Part shown: piece by piece, positions 1 to 12,276 of the stretch | How the letters are laid out: the number at the start of each line of letters is the position of its first letter | Numbering within the stretch: the first letter of the stretch is position 1 | Source: Eledone cirrhosa | Taxonomy: Eukaryota | NCBI GenBank assembly: GCA_964016885.1 | Contig: OZ024743.1 | Coordinates: 215,450,001-215,514,000 of the forward strand | DNA length: 64,000 nt | Direction: 5' to 3' | The notes under the pieces: model-generated | Seen by the model: the letters and a program-made list of their open reading frames with translations, nothing else | What the model was told of the DNA's origin: nothing | The model's database searches: none | Position numbers and translations under genes: made by a program

Positions 1-169
1 GTCAACACCAGAACATTCTAACCATCCAAACAGACACACCCACACATAACACCTTCTATTTTAGAAAATAAAAACCCGAACTAAATGAACCTTAACATAC
101 GTTTGCGCTGACAATACAACAGAACAAATACGAATAAGTAAGGACAATATGTTCATTCAAAAATATTCC

Positions 170-480
170 TAATGACGGAATCATTTTCCTAAACACACAC
201 ACACACACACACACAAAATATATATTCTCTTCATCTGAACATGCTAACCATACTCCCACACACACATAACACCCCACACACAAACAACTCCCTCCCCCAT
301 TTCTGCTAATAGAATCATTTTCCTACACACACACACACAATATATATATATTCTCTCCATCTTAACATACTCCCACACACACACACATAACACCCATATA
401 CACAGACGCACAACTCCCTCCCCCATTTCTACCAATAGAATCATCTTCCTATACACGCATACACACACACACACACACAT
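170..480. repeat. CA-rich imperfect tandem repeat (~120-bp unit)
   Basis: Recurring blocks 'aatcattttccta-(ca)n' and 'caactccctcccccatttct' at ~179/313/439 and 284/411. Confidence 0.6.
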
Positions 481-634
481 ACAATTAAACATACATATGT
501 CTACTTCCTTTATTTCAATAGAAAATCGGAACTCTGACACCCCAGCGAACTAGCCATATTCACTGAACCAGAACAATTCTCCCATCCCATTTCTCTTGAC
601 CATTAACTTTTGCTTGTCATAATATTCTCTAAAT

Positions 635-1200
635 GGCTACAAAAGTAATTCCCAAATACGGGCGCGGAACTTGTTCACGTGACAGTCATGATTTCATTTA
701 TAACCAATCAAATTGCATTTTTAAAAAAAAAGCCTTCGGGAGCCACTTTTTTATTGTCATAAAATTCTGTAAAAGGCTACAAAATAAATTCCCAAATACG
801 GGCGCGAAATTTTAATGAACTTTTTCACGTGACTGTGGTAATTTCATTTATAACCAATCACATTACATTTTAAAAAAAAAGCCTTCGTGAGCCACTTTTT
901 TTATTTTTATAAAATTCTGTAAAAGGCTACAAAATAAATTCTCAAATACGGACACGAAATTTTAATGAACTTGTTCACGCGACAGCCATAATTTCATTTA
1001 TAACCAATAAAATTACATTTAAATAAAAAAAAAGCCTTCGTGAGCCCCTTTTTATAAGTAAAAAGTAATTCAAATTCTCATATACGAAAAAACAACATGA
1101 GCCCCCCCCCCCCCCCCTTGTTTGAAGAACTTTGTAACACGAACTGGCGCGAAATTTATTATACTTATTGAACAACCAATTAAATTACTTCTGTAAAAAC
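635..1200. repeat. ~140-150-bp tandem repeat (3-4 units) with CCAAT, CACGTG and GGCGCGAAA motifs
   Basis: The unit 'ggctacaaaa..cccaaatacgggcgcg..cacgtgac..tataaccaatca..aaaagccttcg' restarts at ~635, 776 and 925, with a partial unit from ~1061. Confidence 0.8.
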
Positions 1201-1260
1201 CTGGCGTTTCGAGCCACTTTTATCCATATTAAACAAGTAACATTCAAAGACCAACCAGAT

Positions 1261-1470
1261 GTGAGAAAAACCACAGACCCTCCATCTCAACGCTACTTTT
1301 GAAAAGCAGAAAAACTGCGAAACCGTTAAAGGAACCAAATAAACATATATATTTTTTTAAAAATAAGACTCCAGTTGCATTGTCGATTTCATCTTTTTTT
1401 CCTTATACTTTCGCTCGTGTCGGACACCTCGGTTATTCTTCATTTTGTAAAAAAACCTCACTTTCTAATA
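1261..1470 (+). mobile_element. Short HHR-bearing non-autonomous element (family A); other copies at 25617-25830 and ~40330-40530
   Basis: Same sequence 'gtgagaaaaaccacagaccctccat...ggacacctcggttatt...ctcactttctaata' at three loci, each ending in (TA)n. Confidence 0.75.
1295..1332 (+). ncRNA. Type I hammerhead ribozyme, U3:A8 core variant (family A)
   Basis: ctt-TTGAAAA-gcag aaaaa ctgc-GAAA-ccgt-TA-aag. Confidence 0.6.
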
Positions 1471-1596
1471 TATATATATCTATCTATATATATAATATAT
1501 ATTATACATCTATCTATATATATATATATATAATATATATTATATATCTATCTACCTATATATATATAATATATATTATATATCTATCTATCTATA

Positions 1597-4500
1597 AGAA
1601 CAACAAACCAACCTGCAAGCACATTCCCAAACAACCTCACTCCACCTAAAACCACTGCAAAAACACCCACAAACACAACAGCTCCCCAAAACATACCCCT
1701 TCCAAATAACACAGACACCACAACGTACGAGACCCCCACATCATCACCAAGTGACGATGAGGGAGAGCCTCTCCGTTTGAAAAGAAATAAGAAAATACAC
1801 CACAAGTACAACAAAAACAACAAACATCACTACAAACATACAACCAACCACCAACACAAACAACTCAAACATTACAAACAATAAACCCCCCGTCCCGAAA
1901 ACAAAACCACGACATCACTCCAAACACAAACACCTACAACAAAACCAAAGCTCCCACAAGAACAAAAGACAAAAACCACTGCAACACAACAAGAACATTA
2001 CACATACATAAACAGTAAAAACAAAACTTTAATGGAGGACATCTGCAACGACCCTTCGGTGAAAACCGAATGGAAAAAGTTTTCGACTGTGTAGACAAAC
2101 CTAATTTAAAGATGATTAGGGTCCATACGGACACCTATAAGTTTTTAAAGGAAAACTTTCCTAAGGACGTGGGTAATCCTTGTGTTAAATCCATTAACCG
2201 CGTTCTTTTAAAACCTTTCCCCACCCTCACCCAGACACCCCCATCCCACCAAACATCTCCGTCCCCACCCCGCCGGAATCCACTACCCACCCAGACAACC
2301 CCTCTAACACCCCATGGAAACCGTGCGGCTTGATCCCCGGGAGACGTAGAGGTGAGTGTTTTCTCCTCTTCTTTTAACTTTTCAGAACCAACATGGCCAA
2401 TATAATAGTTGGATGTATGAATGCACGCGGTCTGGGGATACCCTGGTAACAGGGCAAACTCTTAAACATCCTCAGGTCGCACAGTATGGATGTAGTAGCT
2501 ATTTGCGAGTCCAGGATCCACAGCAAGCGACAGCTGGCCCCCCACCTTCGATGACTTTGAAATCTACGCATCTCTCTGTCGGCCGAGGGGTGGGGGTGGG
2601 GTTGCCGTTTTGCTGCGGAATCACCTGGGCTCGTAACACAGACGGTACATATCGACCCGGAGGATCGACTGGTGGTTTCGAGACGTTGACGGTAGTGAAG
2701 ATGGAGCCTTCAGGCTGGTGGCCGCATATGCCCCATCCGGGACACCGCGGCCAGACTTCTTCAAAGGTCTAGAGACTTTCTGGGAACGGCCCGCTCCTTG
2801 CTTTTAATGGGGAACTGGAATGGAATCATAGATGCACGTTGGAACTATGTGGAAGCATGTCCCGATAAAGGGGGTGTAACTGCCTCAAACAGTTAATCGG
2901 CCGATGTGACCTGGCCGATAGATATCGACTAGATTTTCCGACTGTGCCACAGTGGACGTGGACTAATCGAGCGGAACATCTAGATCGTACCTAGATAGGG
3001 TTCTAGTAAGAAATAAGGATAGGGACATGTTAAGCTGTCCACAAATGTTCATGGTTGCCTATTCAGATCACGAACTAGTGACCTGCATGGTCAATCTTCA
3101 TAGAACCCATAGAAAAGGACCCGGCTACTGGAAGCTGAACTTGTCGTTACCGACATGCAAAGCCTACAGTAGACGGATTAGCACTTTAGTTAAACAACAC
3201 TTGACAGGGGCCATTGTCAACAACAGATAGTGGTACACTCTCAAGAGGGCAGTTAGATTAGACTCGTTTGACTTTAGTAAAGAATTATCGTTAGATAGAA
3301 ATAGAACCGAGAAGGAACTGGTAGATAAAGTAGAAGAGGCAATGAGAAGTGGCAACCTAGCCAGCGTGCTAGCAACGAGAATGGCCTTGGACCAGTTCTT
3401 CGACGCAAAGCACGAGGGCTGCGTTCTCAGAAGCAAAATACGTGCTCTGGGAAACGAGGGAGCCAAAGCTGTTAGCTGGGTCCGAGTGACGGAGGCAAAA
3501 AGTGGCAACAAGTCCACGATTCAGTATTTGAAGGACCGACACGGACGCGTGATACGTGAACCGAAGCAGATGTGTGCGGCCTTTCAGTGGCACCTGCTCA
3601 ACTGTTCGGGCAGGGCGGCGCGCGGGGAGGGGCTATGGATTTCGGTCCATACCTCGACAGCCTACGCCAACTCTCGGACAGCGAGGCAAAGTTCTGTAAA
3701 AGGCCGATTTCAACCTCTGAGATAGGGGACGCCCTGAGTTAATGAGCCAAACGCCAAACTCCAGATCTCAGCAGTCTACCCTACGAACTTTACGTAGCAA
3801 TGGCAGACTTATTCTCCGGTCTCCTGGAAGCGGTCTACTGCAACTGGCAACATAACGGGAGAATTCCCAGTTCTGTGACCGGGGGCGTAGTCACACTAGT
3901 CAGGAAGGACGAGAATAAAGGGGATGACATAGGCAACTTCCGGCCCATAACTCTGCTAAACACAGATTTACAGATTTTGGCCAAGGTGTTGGCAAAGAGG
4001 CTGGCGCTTGTCGTCGAGGAACTGGTGGGAAAAGCGCAGACATGCGCAATCCCGACCAGGTCCATACACGACAACCTCCACCTCATGCGATTCATCATAG
4101 AGAGGGTAGGGTGTAAACCCGGCTTAGGTGGGGCTCTGATCAACTTGGATCAGTCTAAGGCTTTCAATAGGGTTGACCATCGTTACCTGGATGCGGTGCT
4201 CGAGGCGGCAGGCTTCGCACCCATGTTCAGGGACTGGATTTTGCAATGCACAACAGCAACATCTGCTCAAGGGTCAAGGTGAACGGCTACCACTCGGAGC
4301 CGTCCATATCACACGATCCATTCGACAGGGATGTCCTCTTTCCTCCCTTCTGTACGTACTGACTCCCTAGCCACTACTGCGGAAGTTGGAGCTATTGCAG
4401 GGTATCCCTCTGAAACCGGGACTGCGGAAAACGGTGTCGGCCTACGCCGACGACATGACGGTTATGGTGTCTAGCGCCTCGCAAATCGAGGAAGTCGGCA

Positions 4501-5908
4501 CCTTACTGAAGAAATACGAAAAGTACAGGGGCGAAGCTGAACCGGCACGAGTCCAGCGGTTTGCAACTCGGATCATCGTGAGGCAAACCGATGCCTTCCG
4601 ATGGCGTCGTCGGACGCTGGACGGAAGAACCGGTAAAGCTGCTCGGTGGAGAAGAACTGGAACGAGGTGACGGCCAAGGTGTTTTCAATCACCCAGAAGT
4701 GGGCCGAGTGAAAACTATCCTTGAAAGGTCGAGCGGAGGTGGCGAACACTTTTATAGCATCCGCCATCTACTAGCGCTTGACCGTTGTGCCTTGTCCAGC
4801 AAAAATGCTCGCCAAAATGGAGCGCGCGCTCTTCCAATTCCTTTGTAAGAGGCGGGGCTTCTTTGGTGAGAAGATTCATCTGCTGCCAACACCCTTTCAA
4901 CGGAGGGCTGGGGATGCCGTGGCTGACGATGCGCAAACACGCGCTCAGGCTGCGGCATCTCTACGTATTCCTCACCGGACAACCGGTGTGGGCCCCGTTC
5001 ATGAGGCGAATCTTCCCACGACTCATCTCGCTGACCGAGCTGCAGTCCTGGCTCAAGCAAAGACCGGGGAAAATGGGCGACTGGCACATCGAATGTGCTC
5101 AGGCACTCACGGCCCTCTGGCAGGCGGACCCGACGGTGAGTGGAGACTCCACTTCGTCATTCTATAGAGGGTTGATTGCGACGACACGCTCGGTGTAACT
5201 CTAGGCGTAGAGTAAGACGAACTGGCCAGTCTGTTCGGTAGGACCTTCCGCCCGGGACCGATCTAAAACTTCCAAATGTCCCTGGCCTGGCAGTACTACC
5301 GAGGAGCTCTACCAGTTCGAGACAAGCACTACTGACAGGGGCGCCCGGTCAGGGACCCTGCAAAAAAGATCTGTCCGAGGTGCGTGCGAGACGAAGAAAC
5401 CGTCGCGCACGCATTCATACACTGCCCGTGCGTCACCGATCTGTGGGGCTATGTAGAACGACTATTGTCGCGGGTGGGACCAATCCGGTCGATCACCGAG
5501 GCCATTGTCATGATCAAACCGCCACCCTCCTTCAAAAACGAAGGAGAGGCGGGTTTCCTTTGTGTGATAGCTATGGCGAAAGAGGTTGTATGGTGGACAA
5601 GGTTGAAAGGGTTGAGGTCAGACATCTTTCTCTCCGGCCAACAACTGATTCTTTTTTTCAAATACCACTTTGGAAGAAGAATCAGGATGGAGAGGAGGTG
5701 CAAGTTTTATGAAATGTGGGTGAAAGTGGCGAGAATGGCGCGAGTGAATGGCGAGAATGGCCCTTATGTAATGTCTCCCCGTCTTGGGGAAAATCGACTA
5801 ATTTTTAAATTGCATTTGTGATAATATTTTACACGTTTTTATTGTATGTAAACTTCCCCTTTTGTATTTGTCCCCTTCTTTTGTGCCCCTGTGGCTAATA
5901 AAGAAACA
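1597..5908 (+). mobile_element. Decayed Tx1/L1-clade non-LTR retrotransposon (ORF1 3' remnant + ORF2 APE-RT-zinc finger)
   Basis: ORF2 starts at 2393 (MANIIVGCMNARGL, APE). Further motifs: SDH..GPGYWKLN, NFRPITLLNTD, LDQSKAF, RQGCPLS, AYADD and CPRC..EETVAHAFIHC. Many stops and frameshifts. AATAAA at ~5897, then (TA)n. Confidence 0.9.
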
Positions 5909-6352
5909 TATATATATATAGATATAGAGATATATAGTTAGGGTAGCATAAAATTGCTTATTGTGATCCAGTTCGTGGTAAAGAAAGCCAGTTTCATGGA
6001 CGGATTCAACGTACGGTTAGGGGTAACTCCACAAGTTTGTAAGAATTCCGTTCAATCTTGGAGTATAAAGTATAAAAGAGAAAACACAGGGAAGCATTAA
6101 GAGAAGGATTGTATCCAGGTATTTACGACCGTTTCATTGGTAAGTGCGACGTTATATTGCTATACTGCAAATAGCAGCCACTCAAAGATAATTGTTGTTC
6201 ACGTCCAAATTTTCAAAAGAGTGAGTAAATTAGTCTTGAAATAGTTCTTAATAAATAGAGAAAAACATTTTTTGGGAACTGTATTTACTAGCATAGAGAT
6301 AGAGGAAGTGGGAGAAGAGTTAGGACGTGGAGTGACAAACTGAGATGGAGTG

Positions 6353-6735
<383 letters not shown>

Positions 6736-6769
6736 ATATATATATCTATCTCTCTATATATATATATAT

Positions 6770-6912
6770 AGTAATAATAATAAAATTGAAGACTAAAATC
6801 CAAAGAGGGCTCGATAAGGAAAATATATATCAAATATATAAGAACCGTATCCCGTTAAGGGTGAAAGCAGCGATTCTTTGCTTAAACTTTAATCTGTTAT
6901 TTTAATAAATAT
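6770..6912. mobile_element. Mini-derivative of the PLE pseudo-LTR (terminus + inverted HHR half)
   Basis: 6770-6849 matches 9430-9509 directly. 6850-6912 is the reverse complement of ~9515-9578. Flanked by (TA)n. Confidence 0.8.
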
Positions 6913-6965
6913 ATATTTATATATATATATTTCTATATATACAATATATATTTATATATCTATCT

Positions 6966-7019
<54 letters not shown>

Positions 7020-7024
7020 ATATA

Positions 7025-7075
<51 letters not shown>

Positions 7076-7217
7076 AATATATATTATATATCTACATATA
7101 TATATAATATATATATATATCTATCTATCTCGATATATATATATAATATATATTATATATATATATATATATTATATATATATATAATATATATATTATA
7201 TATATATATATATATTA

Positions 7218-7255
<38 letters not shown>

Positions 7256-7387
7256 GATAAATCTACCAAGAGTTTACGGTAGTGTCCAATCCGTATGAAG
7301 AACTCAATGTAGTCCGGATATCATGGAAAGAAGAGATGCAATGAAAAATCACTTTCGGTGAAAGATAAACGGAATACAGAGTCAAGA

Positions 7388-8152
7388 TAAAATATTTAAA
7401 AAATAATGAATAAAACAATGAAACAGTTCCTTATATTAAACAAAAAAAGTTCATTATTTAACGATCGTTTCTAGGATATATATGTGTTAGAATTGGCATG
7501 CATATTCAACAGATCTATGTACAAAATTATACAAAATTATACAAACTATCAAGATTAAATATACATACCAAACACACATATATGCCGTCTTCAGAAATAA
7601 TGAAATATATTTATTGATAATAACAACAATTCAAAATTTCAGGTCCGTTTGGGAACAGAGTTCAAATTGACCAATGAAAATACAAAAAATGTTATGCAGT
7701 TTGGTGTGTGTATATACATGTAATTAACTTCGTACACATATTTATATAAAGATATATGCTCACATGCATACGCATGGTATGCATGTGAGCATATATCTTT
7801 ATATAAATATGTGTACGAAGTTAATTACATGTATATACACACACCAAACTGCATAACATTTTTTGTATTTTCATTGGTCAATTTGAACTCTGTTCCCAAA
7901 CGGACCTGAAATTTTGAATTGTTGTTATTATCAATAAATATATTTCATTATTTCTGAAGACGGCATATATGTGTGTTTGGTATGTATATTTAATCTTGAT
8001 AGTTTGTATAATTTTGTATAATTTTGTACATAGATCTGTTGAATATGCATGCCAATTCTAACACATATATATCCTAGAAACGATCGTTAAATAATGAACT
8101 TTTTTTGTTTAATATAAGGAACTGTTTCATTGTTTTATTCATTATTTTTTTA

Positions 8153-8160
<8 letters not shown>
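7388..8160. repeat. Near-perfect 773-bp palindrome (arms ~384 bp, 5-nt spacer at 7772-7776)
   Basis: Centre reads '...gctcacatgcatac gcatg gtatgcatgtgagc...'. The arms match out to both ends, with one visible mismatch near the ends. Confidence 0.95.
7944..8098 (+). ncRNA. Type I hammerhead ribozyme with ~120-nt stem II insert (mirror copy on - strand at ~7450-7604)
   Basis: ttcattattt-CTGAAGA-[insert]-GAAA-cgatcg-TT-aaataatgaa: 10-bp stem I and palindromic stem III. Confidence 0.75.
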
Positions 8161-8235
<75 letters not shown>

Positions 8236-8399
8236 TTATATATATATATATATCTCTATATAATATAGTACTTAAGTATCAAGCGAGAGAGAAAAAAAGG
8301 GGAAGATAGGTTATACATATAGTTATTTGCCAAGTAGCGTATGCCAAAGGTGCTCGATACTAGTGCCGGCAGTATTAAATATTGGAAGTGTTAATATTT

Positions 8400-9355
8400 A
8401 GTGGGCTAGAGAATTAGCGGAGCGTGGAAATAGACGGAACCTCGACAGAAATTGCAACTGCCGTGACAGAGGACGCTGCCCCCTTAGAGGATACTGCTTG
8501 ACTAATAGGGTTATATAATGATGCACTATAACTAGCCACAATAGCGTTAAACATTATATAGGGGCTACCTCCGGCCCGTTCAAATTTACGTTTCGAACAC
8601 ATTTCCACTCTTTCACAAAGAAAAAACTAAGACATTGCACTTCGCTCGCGGACTACATCACATCACTAAATGACTTAAACATCAGCTTCTCCGCGCACTG
8701 GGATATTGTCGGCAGGGCTGCACCGTACAACTTCAAGGGGAAATGCGATCTTTGCCTCATGGAGCACTATCACATCATAACTGCACCCTACGAGCTTATC
8801 AACAGCAGAGCTGAAACAGCGATAGATTGTACATATCGCTTAAAAATATCCTTCTTCAGATGGGTTAAGAATGAGGAGTGAAACCGTGCACCGGATCTTC
8901 CTGCAACACGGCTTAAAACCCCGACGTGCAGGCGCTGCAAAAGTACATCCATGAAACTATCTTTGCATACCAGACCCAGCCTCAAACGATTCAAACAAAC
9001 AGATGCAGCAAAAAAATAAACTCTCAAAATAAGCCTTTATTACATGCGTATCGACAATGTTAAGGTTGTAATCTCATCTCTTAGCAGATGTAAACAAAAC
9101 ATTTGTCCGGGAAAGACTGCCCTAACGCCGGCCAGAGTTACCTCCCTTGACCTGCTGCAAAAGTAAAACAGGCTATTTTTGCGAGCAATGAACCTTGACG
9201 AGGATTTAACCCCAAAAACTCGTTCCGAGCAATCTAAGGAACACTTTTGATTACTTATGCTCTTGAGAAGCCCAACTGGGCGAAATGTACGTAGGTGCTG
9301 TTTTAAATAAACATCTTTTAACAGTCTATTCTCCGATTTCTTACTTTCCCACTTA
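8400..9355 (+). mobile_element. PLE 3' fragment (CxC linker + GIY-YIG pseudogene) with HHR-containing 3' region
   Basis: Translates to NCNCRDRGRCPL, HYIGATSGPFK, TSLADYI, WDIVGRA and KCDLCLME, with stops. Confidence 0.85.
9259..9298 (+). ncRNA. Type I HHR, U3:A8 variant (family B)
   Basis: gctc-TTGAGAA-gccc aact gggc-GAAA-tgtacg-TA-ggtgc; stem I is weak. Confidence 0.55.
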
Positions 9356-9372
9356 TATATATAATATATATA

Positions 9373-9432
<60 letters not shown>

Positions 9433-9538
9433 ATAATAATAAAATTGAAGACTAAAATCCAAAGAGGGCTCGATAAGGAAAATATATATCAAATATATAA
9501 GAACCGTAGAGCAAATATTTATTAAAATAACAGATTAA

Positions 9539-9589
9539 AGTTTAAGCAAAGAATCGCTGCTTTCACCCTTAACGGGATCTTCTGAAACT
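9539..9589 (-). ncRNA. Type I HHR-like fold in the PLE pseudo-LTR, U4A core variant, closed stem III
   Basis: Minus strand: agttt-CAGAAGA-tccc gttaa gggt-GAAA-gca gcgattctt tgc-TT-aaact. Also at ~12409-12459(-), ~17917-17966(-) and 19687-19735(+). Confidence 0.6.
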
Positions 9590-10146
9590 AACAAAGTCAA
9601 TCTGTAAACGCAGAACTGGATATTTAAAAAAACGTTGCAACCGGAGGAAGACAGGAAGACGATACTTTGGTTCGTGGTAACGTTCGCTGGCAAAGAACGG
9701 GAAAAAACGAATAATACGTCATTAATAGGAGCGGTGAAAAACAATTACATATAAATATGTGTGTGTGTGTATGCTTGTGTACAAATAAATAAATAATTAT
9801 ATAAACGTATATAAGTAAATAAATACGTATATAACAAGCGCACACGCATACCTACATATAAATACACGAATGTTCGGAGACTTACGTCAACTAAAACAAG
9901 AAGTACACAAATACACACACACACCATACGTACGAACTTGCACACTCACGCGGACGCAAAACTCCCGTATACACATAGCCAAACCCTAAATATCAGAATA
10001 TGTAAAAATTATACGCTATAACGTACGAGGGTGTATACATACCTTCACAAAACATACGGGTAATACATACTTAGTAAGTAAAGGAATAGACAAAACATAT
10101 AATTAGCTCCCACATCAAGACGTAAAATATCCACGTATAGATCGTG

Positions 10147-12276
10147 CTATCCGGTAGGGTATAACGTGGGGCTGTAATTCAGGAAGGTTTTGTGCAATTT
10201 ATGTTTACAAGCCGAAATTGCCTCAGATTTTTTGTTTAAGATGTGGTCTGTAGCGTAGAGTATTTCCAGGGCCTCAGCGGTGCAGAGGTCACATGGTCTT
10301 TTATTTCCGTTATACGATCTAGCCCTAGCTAGGATCTCCCAGTGTAACTTACATTGGGTGTGGTTGTATTTTAGACTCCAGATATAAGCTGAAAGTGACG
10401 TCATATTCCTTCTTAGAGGGTAACGAAAAGAATGAGTATGCATGTAAAGACGCTGCTTGAAAGTATTGGCGGTTAACCATATGTAGGCCCTACGCGACGT
10501 GGGTGTTACAACCTTACATCTGTAGACAATGTTACTAGAGAGGCATTTCCCGGATAGGGGGCAATCAGCCCGATTCCTACAATTACAGTTAGTACTACCT
10601 AGAGGGTTGCACGTGTTCCTACGGCTAGGAAGTTTAGCTAAATTTGAAGCTGTGATGTTATGTGCAAGGTTTGCAGTCGTAGAGTAAGACATTTTAATAG
10701 TATTTCTATTAAAAATCTTATTATGTTTATGTGTAGGGGGAAAATGCTTTGTAATAAGGGAAAGAAAGATATTAGCTAATGGTGTGACCACCTCCATATT
10801 ATATGGTGGGTTAAACCAACAAATACGACGGGATCTATTTCTGCTAGGTCTATTTTCGTACTCTGTATATGCTACCTTATCGACAAATCCACTTCGAGCA
10901 AGAGCTTCATTGTAATAAGTGGAATGGTCGTTGAAAATGCGCTCGTTGGTGGAAAGACGGGAAAGCCTCAACGAAACGTTTCTCACCAGGTTCTTGGTTA
11001 TGCTGACAGGATGGTTGGAATGCTTACTTATGTAATTAAGCGTATCATTCGGCTTTCTATACGGGTAATACAACCCATTCAATAAATTGAGGGTAACGTC
11101 GAGGTAATTAACGACCGAGAGATTGGCCTCAACCTGTATAGAGAGGTTGAAGCCTTTAAAGAAGGCTGTGAGTTCTTTTCTGAACCTGTCGCAAGCACGA
11201 GATCCGCACTTAGTCATGGTCAAAAGACCATCGTCACGGTACAAACCATCGCCCGCGTTGGGGAATTCGTCCTTGATAGAGAAAAGAAGGAAAAGGCCAA
11301 TAAGATCGGTAACCTCCGCAGAGTCACTGGCGCCCATACTCACGTCGAATGGGGTACTATTGGATGTTTTAATCCAAATAGAGTCGTCGAAATTAATCAC
11401 CGACTTTCGGGCATTAAGGATGACATCAACTTCAAAATGCTTAACCACTGTGAGTGTTTTAGCGAAATTGATAGCTCTAAGGAGAAGTGGTAAAGTGATG
11501 GAGGAGTAGAAATTGTTGATGTCGAATTGGATAAAACGGCAATGTTCCTTGTTACATATGCCGTTGAACCAATCAATCACCGCGAAAGAATTGTTCCACA
11601 GTGCGAGAGGGGCAAAACTTCTAATTTCAGGTATAATTCTATCAAGAATCGTTTTACTAAGTCTACCTAAATCGGACTTCGTAGGGTTAATAAGCCGAAT
11701 AGAGGGGTTGTTCGGAAAATTGGATTTGTGATCCTTCAGCGTAAAGTGGGGAGAGATAGGGTCCAGAGGTTCGGTCCGGTCCAGGATGTTGAGATCAGAT
11801 GTGATTTTAAACCCAGCATCGTTGATTTCATTGATGACGCACCGATTAGTTTTACGGTAATCCTTAGTTACAGAATTATGAAGTAGCTGATGGTAAGTAT
11901 TGCGCTCCACTTGATATAGGTTGCCAGTTTTGTCGGAATGGACGTGCACGGCGTTAGAATCCTTAATAGAACGAATTCTATTCTTCAGGTCTTGCTGGAA
12001 GGAATTGCTCCTATTCTGAAATTTGATATTCCGAATGAGTTCCAAGACATCATTTTCGAAGGGTAGCAATACTGGGTTCCACGGAGGGTTATTATAAGTT
12101 TTAAATCCAAATTTATCCTGTTTGTTGTCTGCACTTCGCGGATTATCGAAATAAAAGGCACGCCAAAGCAACCTTTTAATGAACGCGTCTGTTTTCTGTA
12201 TCAGGAGTTTTAAGTATGTTTTCCTGCTTGGTACGGGTATGTTCTTTGTAGAAATATTCAGATGTTGTTTCTGCAT
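10147..12276 (-). CDS. PLE polyprotein: reverse transcriptase + CxCx5Cx5C linker + C-terminal GIY-YIG endonuclease (probably Hydra-type PLE)
   Basis: Uninterrupted 709 aa: STKNIP, FIQFDINNFYSSI, FDVSMGA, GLYRDDGL, NYLDVTL, WFNPPY, NCNCRNRADCPLSGKC, IVY..AYIWLT..FKQR..H, CDLC..E. Confidence 0.93.
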   Translation of the reverse strand: MQKQHLNISTKNIPVPSRKTYLKLLIQKTDAFIKRLLWRAFYFDNPRSADNKQDKFGFKTYNNPPWNPVLLPFENDVLELIRNIKFQNRSNSFQQDLKNRIRSIKDSNAVHVHSDKTGNLYQVERNTYHQLLHNSVTKDYRKTNRCVINEINDAGFKITSDLNILDRTEPLDPISPHFTLKDHKSNFPNNPSIRLINPTKSDLGRLSKTILDRIIPEIRSFAPLALWNNSFAVIDWFNGICNKEHCRFIQFDINNFYSSITLPLLLRAINFAKTLTVVKHFEVDVILNARKSVINFDDSIWIKTSNSTPFDVSMGASDSAEVTDLIGLFLLFSIKDEFPNAGDGLYRDDGLLTMTKCGSRACDRFRKELTAFFKGFNLSIQVEANLSVVNYLDVTLNLLNGLYYPYRKPNDTLNYISKHSNHPVSITKNLVRNVSLRLSRLSTNERIFNDHSTYYNEALARSGFVDKVAYTEYENRPSRNRSRRICWFNPPYNMEVVTPLANIFLSLITKHFPPTHKHNKIFNRNTIKMSYSTTANLAHNITASNLAKLPSRRNTCNPLGSTNCNCRNRADCPLSGKCLSSNIVYRCKVVTPTSRRAYIWLTANTFKQRLYMHTHSFRYPLRRNMTSLSAYIWSLKYNHTQCKLHWEILARARSYNGNKRPCDLCTAEALEILYATDHILNKKSEAISACKHKLHKTFLNYSPTLYPTG

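Noticed and set aside
11123-11731. Antisense ORFs inside the PLE and LINE coding regions
   Set aside because: Shadow ORFs of the real reading frame with no independent motifs.
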